DNA from: Azolla caroliniana
Taxonomy: Eukaryota > Plantae > Polypodiophyta
Direction of reading: 5' to 3'
DNA length: 64,000 bases
Assembly (NCBI GenBank): GCA_043228905.1
Contig: JBHGNT010000020.1
Span: 10,850,001 to 10,914,000, forward strand
The position numbers were made by a program, and so were the translations under genes. Every line of letters starts with the position of its first letter. The stretch's first letter is position 1. The notes beneath the pieces were generated by a model. The model was given only the letters and a program-made list of their open reading frames with translations. It was not told where the DNA came from and searched no databases. Positions 1 through 11,343 of this stretch are shown here, piece after piece.

Positions 1-46
1 CCCTCATACAACCCGGTGCATGTTCAGAGAGAAGCTTCGTTAAACC
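1..46 (-). CDS. FEN1: Flap endonuclease 1, coding exon following the MGIK exon (runs off the window)
   Basis: After a pyrimidine-rich ...ttttgatAG acceptor (48-47) the minus strand reads GLTKLLSEHAPGCMR. Spliced to MGIK this gives MGIKGLTKLL..AP, the canonical plant FEN1 N-terminus. Confidence 0.85.
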
Positions 47-362
47 CTATCAAAAAAAGAAAAAACTGTCAAGAATAAAAACGAATGACAAGAGAATAGA
101 GAGAGAGAGAGAGAGAGAGGAAAGAAACCAGAAAACAAATGAAAAGAATAAGTGAATGAAAGAAAGAAGAAAAGGATGGGACTTCACATGTTCAAATGTT
201 AAGTGAAAAATTTGTTAAATTCTTAACAGAAAGCAAACAAGATTCAGAAAAAAGACGAAGGGGAAGAGTAAAAAAGAAAGAAAGAATTAACTGAAAGGCA
301 AGAAAAGCATAAAACAGTGCTCTGAAGGAAGGAAGAACAAAAAGAGAGATGAAAAGAAATAC

Positions 363-533
363 CTTGATTCCCATGGTGATAGTTGTGAAACGCTGGCGAT
401 GGCGATGGCGATGGCGATAGGAAGGAGGAGAGAATCTGAGGTTTAGAGAACAAGCTGAAGCTGATTTAACAGAAGTAATCTCCATGAAAGCATACTGAGT
501 ATCTGAGAAGGAGAGGGATGGGGATGGGGGCAT
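363..533 (-). CDS. FEN1: FEN1 first coding exon: canonical ATG at 374 (MGIK) plus in-frame upstream ATGs at 485 and 533 (possible targeting peptide)
   Basis: ATG GGA ATC AAG|GTATTTC donor at 362-361, with a 316-nt GT-AG intron at 47-362. The frame stays open upstream to ATG485 and ATG533. A ttttctgcAG acceptor lies at 537-536. Confidence 0.75.
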
Positions 534-595
534 TTCTGCAGAAAATGTGTATAGAATGTGTAAATGGAGATATGATTATTACGGTTGGAACACAG

Positions 596-1361
596 ATGAT
601 GAGCAAAAGAATAAGAGATTAATAAGGAAAAGAATGGATTAAGGTTGCTTAATGATGAGTACAGGAATAAGAGATTATTACTTACACCCATAATTAAGGG
701 TGTTTAATGATGAGCAAAAGAATAAGAGATTAATTAGGAAGGGAATAGATTTAAGGCCACTTAAGCACATCAATCATTAAAGGTGCTTAGTAATGAGCAA
801 ATGAATTTAAAGAGATTAATAAGGAGACGAATGGATTAAGGGTGCTTAATCACACCAATATTTAAGGGTGCTTAATGATGAGGCAAAAGAATAAGATATT
901 AATAAGGAGAAGAATGGATTAAGGGCACTTAATCACACCCATGATTAAGGGTGCTTAATGATAAGCAAAGGAATAAGAGATTAATTAGGAGGGGGATAGA
1001 TTAAGGTTGCTTAAGCACATCAATCATTAAAGATGCTTATTGACAAGCAAAGGTTATACCTTATGTTATACTTGGGTTGTTGTACCTTGAAGAGAAGAAT
1101 GGATTAAGGGCACTTAATCTCACCAATATTTAAGGGTGCTTAATGAGGAGGAAAAAGAATAAGATATTAATAAGGAGAAGAATGGATTAAGGGCGCTTAA
1201 TCACACCCATGATTAAGGGTGCTTAATGATAAGCAAAGGAATAAGAGATTAATTAGGAGGGGAATAGATTAAGGTTGCATAAGCACATCAATCATTAAAG
1301 ATGCTTATTGACAAGCAAAGGTTATACCTTATGTTATACTTGGGTTGTTGTACCTTGAAGA
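596..1361. repeat. AT-rich repeat array built from ATTAAG-N4-CTTAAT palindromes, including a ~268-bp tandem duplication (~825-1092 / ~1093-1361)
   Basis: Repeated units such as attaagggtgcttaat and gaataagagattaat; two near-identical long copies both end in gttgtaccttgaaga. Confidence 0.85.
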
Positions 1362-3146
1362 CCATGGTGGTCTTGGATTAGGGAGGATGCAAAGACTAAG
1401 AGGGCACGGACATTTGGAGACTTGAAGGCTCACCGAACTCGAAGGCTCTTTAGAGTCTAAGGATTCATCAATCAAAACTTTGCGAGTATATGTAATTATG
1501 CGCTCGGTGGTCGGAATTAAGGTTCGAGAAGTCATATTGGCGTGATGAATTTCGAGAAAATTCGATGGCTTGATTTATGTTGCGTTCGACAAAATTCACG
1601 TAGCTTTATGTCCCAAGCTCGAAATTCCAAGCCGAAAAATTCAGGCGCGATCCTCGTGGCGAATTGTTCGTGTCAGATACTCAAATTACAAAGATTTGCA
1701 CAAAATAGTGAAATAAAAATTATGTTAAGATTTGGTGAGCAATAGTAAATTTGAAGAAAGTGAAAGTAAAATGAGAAAATTCTCGGCTTTGTTACATGGA
1801 TGCAATGAACAAGTGATAGAAGAAGGATAGGAATAAGATAGGAGTAAATGGAGAGGGTAAGATCACGAGTAGGGTATCATTTCGGCGGCCTTGGCCGATA
1901 AAGACTACTTGATCAGGATGGAAGTGATAATCGAGACAGATTGCCTATCGATTCTCAGTATGGTTTCCAGATGTGCGACTCCAGACCTGGTGATGCTCAG
2001 GTGGATCACGCACATCAAGTCCCTGAATCCGGAGATGCAACACATCTCCATAAAGGACTTGTAACACCATGGCCGATATGCTCTCAAGAGCACGGTTCGA
2101 GAACGAGGATGGCATGGTGTCGGAAGACGAAGAGGTCGGCATGGACTTCTTTGAGTCGGCTCAAATGTTAGCAAACAAGCGGAGCACTCCGGCCCTGAAC
2201 GAGTTCGACGATAACGACTATGACGGGGAGGGGCTCCAGATTGGTAAGTTCCTAAGCACAATGGGGCCGGACACGACGTGGACGAAAGACAAAGCGATCC
2301 GGATCCGGAAGAAGGCTTATCGGTTCTTCCTACGGAATGGTAAGATATGGAAGCACCCGAAGAGACGAACCGACACACCACTCCGGGTGGTGACGAAGGA
2401 AGATGAGTAGGCGGTGCTCCTGGGGATTTCACGAAAGCCCCTGGTCTGGACACCGGGGAACATGGGCCACATTCGAGAAACTGAAGGAGAAGTATTGGTG
2501 GCCAGGGATGTATCGTGACGGGCATCACTTCGTGACAACATGCGAAAGCTGTTAAACGCATTCCGGTGTCCAACACTGCGACAAGCTGTACCCGACCTAC
2601 CCTCCAACCATCCACTTCAGATGGGGGTAGGACAGATGCGATACCTGGTGCTCGTGAGAGAAGATCTGATGAACCAGGTGGAGGGGTTGATTTAGTGATG
2701 ATGTCGATGGGGGTAGGACAGATGCGATACCTGGTGCTCGTGAGAGAAGATCTGATGAACCAGGTGGAGGGTCGAGCCTTAACGATCAAGACAACTGCTG
2801 CGGTTTGCTGATTCCTGATCGAAGACGTGATTTGCTGGTATGGGTGTGAGCATGCGATGGACGAGTCGGGAACTGGCCGAGACTACTTCCTTATGCGCTA
2901 TGGGCCGACTGAACTACACACAGTTTAGTAACCGGGTACATGCCGATATAACCGATGTTCGGACAAAAACCGATCATGCCGGTGGAGAGGACGATTTCGT
3001 CGTGGTTAGCGGTCGACTGGTCGGAAGAGATGAGCCAGGAAGAGTTGCTCACGGCGCGGACCCGACAGCTCAAGCGAAGGCTGGACGACATCGAGCGAGC
3101 GACGACAAGGGTAGAAGAGGCGAGGAAGAAGAAGAAGGGCCGGTTT

Positions 3147-3654
3147 TGTCACAGACACACCAAGCGCGGACTAGGACGGAGCATAGATGATGGGGGCTAC
3201 GAGCGACGGATGAACTTGGAGCTAGATGTGACAAGGCTAGGAACTCTAGATGTTGTGAGAGATATGAGGGCATGAAGACAGAAATAAAGATCAAGGAGAC
3301 AAAGATGAGGCGAAACGAGAATACTAGATTGATGTGTCAATGACTGGTGTTGAATCCCTTGAAAGGGATCAAGGATGTTACAAGCATTTATACAATTTCC
3401 GAGATTGAATATCTCTAGAATATACTCAAGAAATATCTCGAGAATATACCCGTTTCAAATATACCGTACAATATCTCTAGTATATACTAACGACTAGAAT
3501 ATTTTGATTCTGAAATGTACTATACGTTAGACCATAGAATACTACACCATTATATACAAATGTATGCTTATAGGTTGAGGATGATGTCTTGGAAATGTGA
3601 GGTTGTAGGTTCAATCCTCACAAACTATGTATTTGATGTCACTGTGTCGTGATA
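3147..3654 (-). mobile_element. Solo LTR (chromovirus-type layout) with 5-bp TSD GGTTT
   Basis: TGTCAC...GTGATA termini; GGTTT at 3142-3146 and 3655-3659; interrupts the Gypsy integrase frame. Confidence 0.8.
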
Positions 3655-5346
3655 GGTTTGACTGAACGCACCGACTCCGGCATCAAGGAGGGTGATTGGG
3701 TGCTGGTCTACGACAACAGCCTAGACAACCAACACTGGTCGACTCAGAAGTTTGCGAAGAGGTGGTTCGGGCCATACGTGGGGACAAGCGCCAACAACAA
3801 TGCGACATACCATCTTGCTGAGCTTGACGGGATGAGGATCGCGGTGCCGGTTGTGGGGAAGCGGATAAAGGCATGTTGAGAATTGAACTCAACTCCCATA
3901 GAAATAGGTTTCACACTAGCTCATGGACATACCGGTCTAGTCTTGTAAATAGTAGAAAGGGCCCTTGCCCTAGTTTAGTTGGTATTTAAACCAACCTTTT
4001 GTAACTTTGTTATTGTTGGAAGTAATACAGAGTTTTATCATCTTAAGAGTCTCTCTCTCTGTTTCTCATAAGTGTTCACACATACACCCACACAGTCCTA
4101 CCGTTGCATACAATCACTCTCCTTTCTTTACATGGTATTAGAGTGTGGTTTTCTGATCAACATAATCGGTCCAAGAAATAGAGAAGAAATCATCATGAAT
4201 ACTCATATGCAAAGCGCTCTTCCTACAGAGAAGCTCGACAGGACAAACTTCGCATCTTGGGAGTACAAGATGCATTAGTACCTTGTCAGACAAGGATATT
4301 GGAGCTATATTGAAGGAGCTCACGAAACGCAGCCCAAACCAACACATGCTGACTATCCCGTTTGGGAGCAGGTCGCAAGCCATGTGTTGTATTGCCTTGC
4401 ATCATGCGTACAGGATCACATGCTCGACTATATTCGAGAGGCGAAACGCCGAAAGAAGCTTGGGGCAATCTCAAGAAGATCTTCACGCCCAATATGGCTG
4501 CCTGTAAGCTTCAACTTCTTCAGGAGCTGAACAATATTCATCAAAGGGACATGCCAATCGATAGCTATACCTTGAAGATCAAGGAGCTATGTGACACCCT
4601 CGGATCGATCGATGTCATCATTGATGACGACGAGATGGTGCAAATATGCCTCGGTGGCTTAGCACCCCAATTTGGCTCGATTAGATCGGCCATCCTTGCA
4701 AGGGAGAATCCTCCTTTATTTTTCGATCTCCAATCAATATTGCCGATCGAGGAAAATCACGCCCAACAAAGGAGCAACGCATCAGAGGGTCATATGATGT
4801 ACTCCCAATCGGATGATAGAAGAAATTTTAGCCGTGGAAATAGAGGTCGATTCGGACAAGGCCATCACGGTCAACAGACCCAAGAGCGTAACTCCCACCA
4901 ATGGCAAGCGGACAGGAACAATCCTAGAGAGTTCGACAGAAGGGGGGGGGAGCAATCGCAATAACCCAATCGAATGCGGATATTGCGGAAAACTCAGACA
5001 CCATGAAGAGGAGTGCTGAAAGAAGAAGCGAGACTTCGCTTTGACTGGTCGACAACTCACGAATTACGCATTGAATTCCGATTACGACAATCGTAGCGGA
5101 ATGTTCACGAATTATGCGTCGAATTCTGAGTATGACGATCATAGCAGAATGTTCATGATGAGGCACAAAGCGCACTTAATGGCGACACAAGGTGAAACAA
5201 GCACCACGCCCTCAGATAATGTATGGTTCGTCGACTCGGGAGCATCCAATGATATGCCATCTCATGAAGATTGGTTCCGGGAATTATGAAACCCCGAACG
5301 ACCCGGATATGTTGAAACAAGCGATGACACGACTCATTCAATACAG

Positions 5347-5813
5347 TGTTGCCGATTAGGAACACAGTCTACTCTCAGTCCTTCGAGGTAGACTTCAAGG
5401 TGATTGCGGCGAAAGGAATAGACCCGTATGTGCGTGAATCGTAACAAGCTTACAAAGCAAAGCGTATCGTCAGGCGTGAAGGGAGACGACTACAACCGAA
5501 GCTCACCAATGCGTGATCTCATATGCACACTTACCGTACGCTTACTAGCCTACAATTACCAATAGAGTACTACACTAAATCAATAGATGATTTGCACAGG
5601 CAAGGGAATATGAGAAGATAGTATTGTATTACAGAAGGTAGCTCTCAAAATACACGCTAGCTCTTTACAGAGGATTTCTGCCCTTTATATACCCAAGGTT
5701 TTTAGTCCATTATGCTCCTAGCGTGAACCGTTACATGCGTTTCTTTAACGCTTGTAATAATATATTCTATTCATTTAAGTGTTAGGTCCGGTGGACAACA
5801 CCGGCAGACAACA
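5347..5813 (-). mobile_element. Solo LTR inserted in the Copia protease region
   Basis: TGTTG...CAACA termini; decayed TSD TACAG/TACGA; the host frame HSIRHIG rejoins on removal; TATA on the minus strand. Confidence 0.7.
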
Positions 5814-7060
5814 TACGACATATCGGGAAAGTCCCATTCGGAAATGAAAGCAAACAAACCTATCTCAAAAATGTCTTGCATGTCCCAACCATCACAAAAA
5901 ACCTAGTCTCGGTTGGCTAGATTGTCGAACAAGGCAGCAAGTACGATTGAACATTGACAGACGCTTCATTGAAAAAGACGATCGAGTCATAGCTCACGAA
6001 CATCGAGAAGGCTGAATGTTCATCCTCGAGTCGAGCGAGGTGAAGTCCACTATGTTTGCTAATGACATCAAAGTCGAAACTGACTTGAAACTGTGGCACA
6101 ATCGAATTGGCCACATCAACCTCCAGAAGCTCCAAAATATGCAATCAAAAGGTGTCGTAATCGGACTCCGAACTTTACCGCGAAGGAGATTACGGGCGTA
6201 TGCGAAGTGTGCCAGTTCGGAAAGCAATGCCAACATCCATTCCCGAAAGAGCGGAATGTGAGCAAAGGGATCCTGGACGTCGTACACTTAGATGTTTCGG
6301 GATCAGCCCAGATGGCAACATTCGGAGGTTGGCCATATTATGTTACATTCATCGACGACTTCTCTAGGCATACCTGGATCTACCCGATGATGCAGAAGAG
6401 TGAAGTGTTCGGTCACTTCCAAAGGTTCAAAACCGAAGTCGAGAAAGCCACGGGTCGTCACGTACGATGCTTTCGATTGGATGGAGGCAAGGAATATTTT
6501 TCGGATGAGTTTACGACGTATCTCTGAAAGGAAGGAATCTGACGAGAATTCTCATGCCGTCACACACCTTAGCAAAATGGCGTAGCCGAGCGAAAGAACT
6601 GACACATAGTAGAGGTTGCATGGGCGATGATGATTGAGAAAAACCTGCCGAAATCATACTGGGTAGAAGCGGCAAACACGGCCGTATACCTCATGAATAG
6701 GTGCACAACCTCGGGAGTACACGACGTAACGCCCCATGAGAAGTTTTTTGGAAAGAAGTTGAACTTATCACATGTTCGTATTTTCGGCTCAATCGCGTAT
6801 GTGCACATCCCCAACGAGAAACGAAAAAAGCTCGACCCGAAGTCGGAGAAATGTATCCTCGTAGGATACTCACTGGAGCAAAAGGGGTACAAATGCTATA
6901 ACCCCTGAACTCGAAAATCTCGAGTAAGTCGAGACGTCATTTTCGATGAGTCCGCATCCTGGTAAACACTAGAGACGACTTCGACTTTGATTCTGCTTGA
7001 CGGGCGCTTGACCCGGAATATGCCGAAATAGAGATAGAATCCAAAGATCGGCTCACACGC

Positions 7061-7772
7061 TGTCGGGGTTGCTACGCCCTTGCGTGTAGAAAGGAGGAGG
7101 GACCACGGGGGTCTCGAACCGAAGAGCAAGAGAGAGAGATAAGAGAGAGACCCGGTTACACAGAACCGAAGATCCGATTGCGCAGAACCGACAATCGCAC
7201 AGGGACACGGCCCAACAAACAGAGATCACAAATAAACGCCGACACAGATGGACGCAACAACGAGAGATATGTACTTATGAATGCAAGAAAATAACAAGCT
7301 AAAGCATTACAACCCACAGTGGGGCACAAAATAGATACTAACGAAAACGAACAGGGCGGCGAACAGCTGCCGACCCCCGTATGTCGCGACGCACAGAAAG
7401 GGAAAACAGGTCGGAGGTGCTGCAGGACGCACTCGGGCGTTCCACGGAACAGCGCAAGCCTCCTCGAAACCTGCACAGGTACGCGATGGAGCAGAAGACA
7501 GAGAGAGCAGGAGTGAGAGAGAAGCTCCGAAATCGGTTCGGCAGCACTTCGTCCTCTCCGCGGGAGATCCCCACTTCTCGTCTTCCTCTTCCTTTTATAG
7601 CCCGTCAAGAGGCCGTTTGGCATTAACTGCACACCAACCGAATCTCCTGCCTAGGATCCCCGTATGTACCTACCTCGTCCTTAGGTACTTCTTGGCGCGC
7701 GTGTGTGTGTGTAGAGCCGTTTCCCACGCCTTGTTCCTCCGATTCCTCTCGCGGGCGGTTTTCTTCACGACA
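7061..7772 (-). repeat. 3' LTR of the young Gypsy
   Basis: Direct repeat of 13504-14215 with TGT...ACA ends. Confidence 0.95.
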
Positions 7773-7844
7773 TCCGCCCCCACCTAACCGCGCATCCACC
7801 GGCATGCGCCAAACTAAGTTGGCACGGAGAAAACCGGCCCGCCT

Positions 7845-10800
7845 TTACTCTTCGCCTGCCGGCCCTTCCTCGGCCTCGGATCGGTCGTCGCTGCTGTCCA
7901 GGAGAATCGGGTCGGGTTCGTCGTCGTGCCGCTTCTTGAAAGCTTTGATCCTCTTCCCGGCCACGGGTATCGCTATTCTCGTACCGTCGAGTTCCGCCAG
8001 ATGATACGTCCCGTTGTCGTTGGCGCTCTGTACCGTGTACAGCCCGAACCATCTCCGTGCGAACTTCCGCGTTGCTCGGTGCTGGTTGTCGAGGCTGCTG
8101 TCGTAGACGAGCACCCAGTCACCTTGTTCGATCTTCTTCGGTCGGAGTCGGTGCGTTCGGTCGAACCTGGTTTTGTTCTTTATCCTCGCCACTCGGATCC
8201 TTTCTGCAGCTGTCTCCACGTCCTCCGGTCTCCGCTCGAGCTGTCGTATACGCGCGGCCAACAACTCCTCCCGGCTCATCTCGTCCCTCCAGTCGACCGC
8301 TGCCCATGAGGAGATTGTTCGTTCCACCGGCATGATCGGCTTCTGGCCGAACATGAGCTCTGTCGGCATGTACCCGGTTACCGAACTGTGCGTAGTCCGG
8401 TCGGCCCACAAAGCATAGGGTAGAAGTCGCGGCCAGTTGCCGACTTGGCCTCCGCATGCCCGAACCAGCGCCTTAACGATCGGCCCGTGTCCGCGCTCCA
8501 CCTTTCCATTCGCCTCCGGGTTGTACGCAGTGGTGAGCGAGAGTTTGACTCCCAGCCGATCGAACAGCTCCGCGGCTTCCTCGGCGTCCAACTCCCCTCG
8601 GTCAGCCACGATCTTCCCGACGCACCCGTACCGGCATATCACATCCTCGATCAGGAACCGACACACGGCCGCGGTCGTCTTGTTCTGAAGGGCTCGGCCT
8701 TCCACCTGGTTCGTCAGGTCTTCCCGCGCTAGCACCAGATACCGCATCTGTCCTACCCCCATCGGCATCGTCACCAGATCTACCATCCATTTGAAGTGGA
8801 TAGTCGGAGGGTACGTAGGGTGAAGCCCGTCCCGGTGTCGGACTATCGAGTGCATCTGACAACTCTCGCAAGTTGTCACGAACCGATGCACGTCCCGGTA
8901 CAATCCCGGCCACCAGTACTTCCCCTTCAGCTTCTCAAACGTCGCCCACGTTCCACGGTGTCCACCCCAAGGGCTGTCGTGGTAGGCCGTCAGCAGCTCC
9001 TCCTGTTCTTCCTTCATTGCCACCACCCGGAGCGGAGCGCCGTCCCTCTTCTTCGGGTGTTTCCACAGATAGCCATCCCGGAGAAAGAATCGGTATGCTT
9101 TCTTCCGGATCCGGTTGGCCTCGTCCTTCGTCCATGACGCATCGGGCGTCATCGTCTTCAAAAACCCACCGATCTGCAGCCACTCCCCGTCGTACTTGCT
9201 CGCGTCGAACTCGTTAAGCACCGGAGTGCTCATCCCGTCGGTCGTTATGTATGCCGCCTCGAAGAAATCCACGCCGACTTCTTCGTCCTCTGAAACCATG
9301 CCGCCCTCGTCGTCGAACCTCGCCCTCGAAAGCATGTCGGCCATGGTGTTGTCTTTCCCGGCAACGTGTCGTATTTCCGGGTCCAGGGACTTGATGTACG
9401 CTATCCACCTGAGCATCGCCAGGTCCGGAGTCGCGCATCCGGAAACCATACCGAGAATCGGCAGGCAATCCGTCTCGATGATCACTTCTGCCCCTATCAG
9501 GTAGTCTTTGTCGACCTTAACCGCCGAAACAATACCCCAGAGTTCGCGTTTAACCTGGGCGTATCCTCGTTGCCGTTTACTGAGGACTTTCGCGCCGAAT
9601 CGGATCGGAAACCGATTGCCGTCCTCGTCTTCCTGGTTCACGACCCATCCGATCCCGGTCGGACTGGTATCCACCGTTATGAATACCGGGGTACCCTTCC
9701 CGTATACCGCCTTCCGGAGTGCCGGTGCCGCTGCAAGGGCTTCTTTCAGCTTCCGGACCGATTCCGCGTGCTCGTCTAGCCATTCGAACCTTCGCCCCTT
9801 TTTCAGCAACCCGTACAGTGGCTCCGCGAGGTGTGCGTAATGCGGGATCCATATGTGGTAGAACGCGCATGCCCCCAGGAATCTTCCGTACTTCCGTGAC
9901 CGAGCTGCAGTCGGGCTTCATCGCGGAGATGGCTTCTACCTTTGCCGGAGACGGCTTCCGGCCATATGGTCCGCACAGGTGTCCGACCACCATGATTTCT
10001 GACTGCCCGAAGGCCGACTTCTCCCCGGAGAAGGTGAGTCTCGCATCCTCTAGCCTTTGCAGCACCTTCTCGCAGTCGTCGATGTGCGTCGCCACGAATC
10101 GCCGGCACCCGTCCGGCCCGATCGTCTCGTCCTTTTCTTCCACCGGGCATCCCTTGATCGGGATGTCGTCCAGAAACGGCATGGTGATGTCCGGGATACA
10201 GTCCCTCAGAACCTTGTTCATCGCATTCACCATGTGGGCCACCGAGTTGGTCCCTCCTTGCGGCAGTGTACACATCCGAACTAGGCCGAGGGGAGTTCGC
10301 ATCGTCGTAATGTCTCTGCTCTCCACGGCTAGCTGGAACTGGTCGTACCCTGAGTATAGATCCCCGACCGAGTAAATTGACCTTCCGGCGAAGGCCTCCG
10401 CGAACTCGTCTATGGTCGGTCCGATCCCTGCGTTCCGAATGGTCACTCGATTGACCGGCTGCAGGTCCTGGATGAAGCGCAACGAACCGTTTTTCTTCGG
10501 TACGGTAAACCATCGATTCGAATATGGGGCGCTCGACGGCTCGAGAATTCCCATATCAACCTTCTGCCTCAGCAGCTCCATCAACTTCGGGATGTGAGCT
10601 CTCGGCACCGGGATTGGCTTGAGATTCCATGGTACATGCGGTACCGTGAATATCACCATCGGCTCCACGATCGTCGGGTTAACGCACCCGATTTCCTCCG
10701 GCGAGAATGCGAAGGCTTTCCCGTGCCTTCCGAGCATTCCCCGAAACCGGTCTTCCTCCGCCGGCAGTAGGAACCCGCCCCCACCGATTTTGAGCTCTCG

Positions 10801-11343
10801 GAGCGTCTCGTCGGTGAAGGTGTGCCCTATGCAGGCCGGATCTCGTAGACTAGGGTCCGATGCAACCCCTTTGATTCTCGACGCGCTGTCCTCCGGTAAG
10901 GGTGCCGCGACTGGCCTTACCTTCCGGTCCACAGTCTTGTACTTGGTGCTTACGTGGGCCGTCCGAACTGACTCGAGCCCTCGACCGAAGTCCGCGATGA
11001 CTCCGTACATCTCCTCGGAACACACCGGTATCGTCCGGTCTTCGTTAAGGCCTTCTTCGACTACCTTTCCCAGCATTCCCAAGGTGTCGTCGAATGAGAC
11101 CGCCTCCACGGCTCCGTTGATTTCCTCGTCAGGGCCGAGAACTCCGCACGCTCGAAGTCTCCCCTCCGCCTTTGTCTTTTCTCGGCCGCCGATGCCGACT
11201 ATCGTGCACGCTCCGCTGCCGGAGAACAAAAATTCCCTACCTATGGTACAAGGCTTCTTCGGTTTTATCGTACAGGTGTGGGGTTTTCCCGGGGTGTCCG
11301 GACTGTCGCGGCCCCACGCCTTGACAGCCCTCTCTAAAAATCC
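7845..11343 (-). CDS. pol: Gypsy pol (RT-RNaseH-integrase), entered by -1 frameshift and broken by a 1-nt insertion at ~9884
   Basis: RT motifs LPQG and PFLDD; RNaseH VDTSPTGIG; INT H..PWGGH, CESCQ, ADRGE and NPEANGKVERG. The paralogue at 42440 reads TEVRRFLGAC where this copy has an extra A. Confidence 0.9.

Noticed and set aside
192-533. 113-aa ORF with a hydrophobic C-terminus as a membrane protein
   Set aside because: The part after MGIK is read-through into the T-rich FEN1 intron.
596-1361. CRISPR-like alternation of palindromic repeats and spacers
   Set aside because: The spacers are themselves repeated, the context is eukaryotic, and there are no cas genes.
1500-1680. E2F sites for FEN1
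   Set aside because: Only partial matches to WTTSSCSS; not supportable.
7156-7632. 158-aa ORF duplicated at 13599-14075
   Set aside because: It lies wholly within the LTRs; the duplication is just LTR identity.
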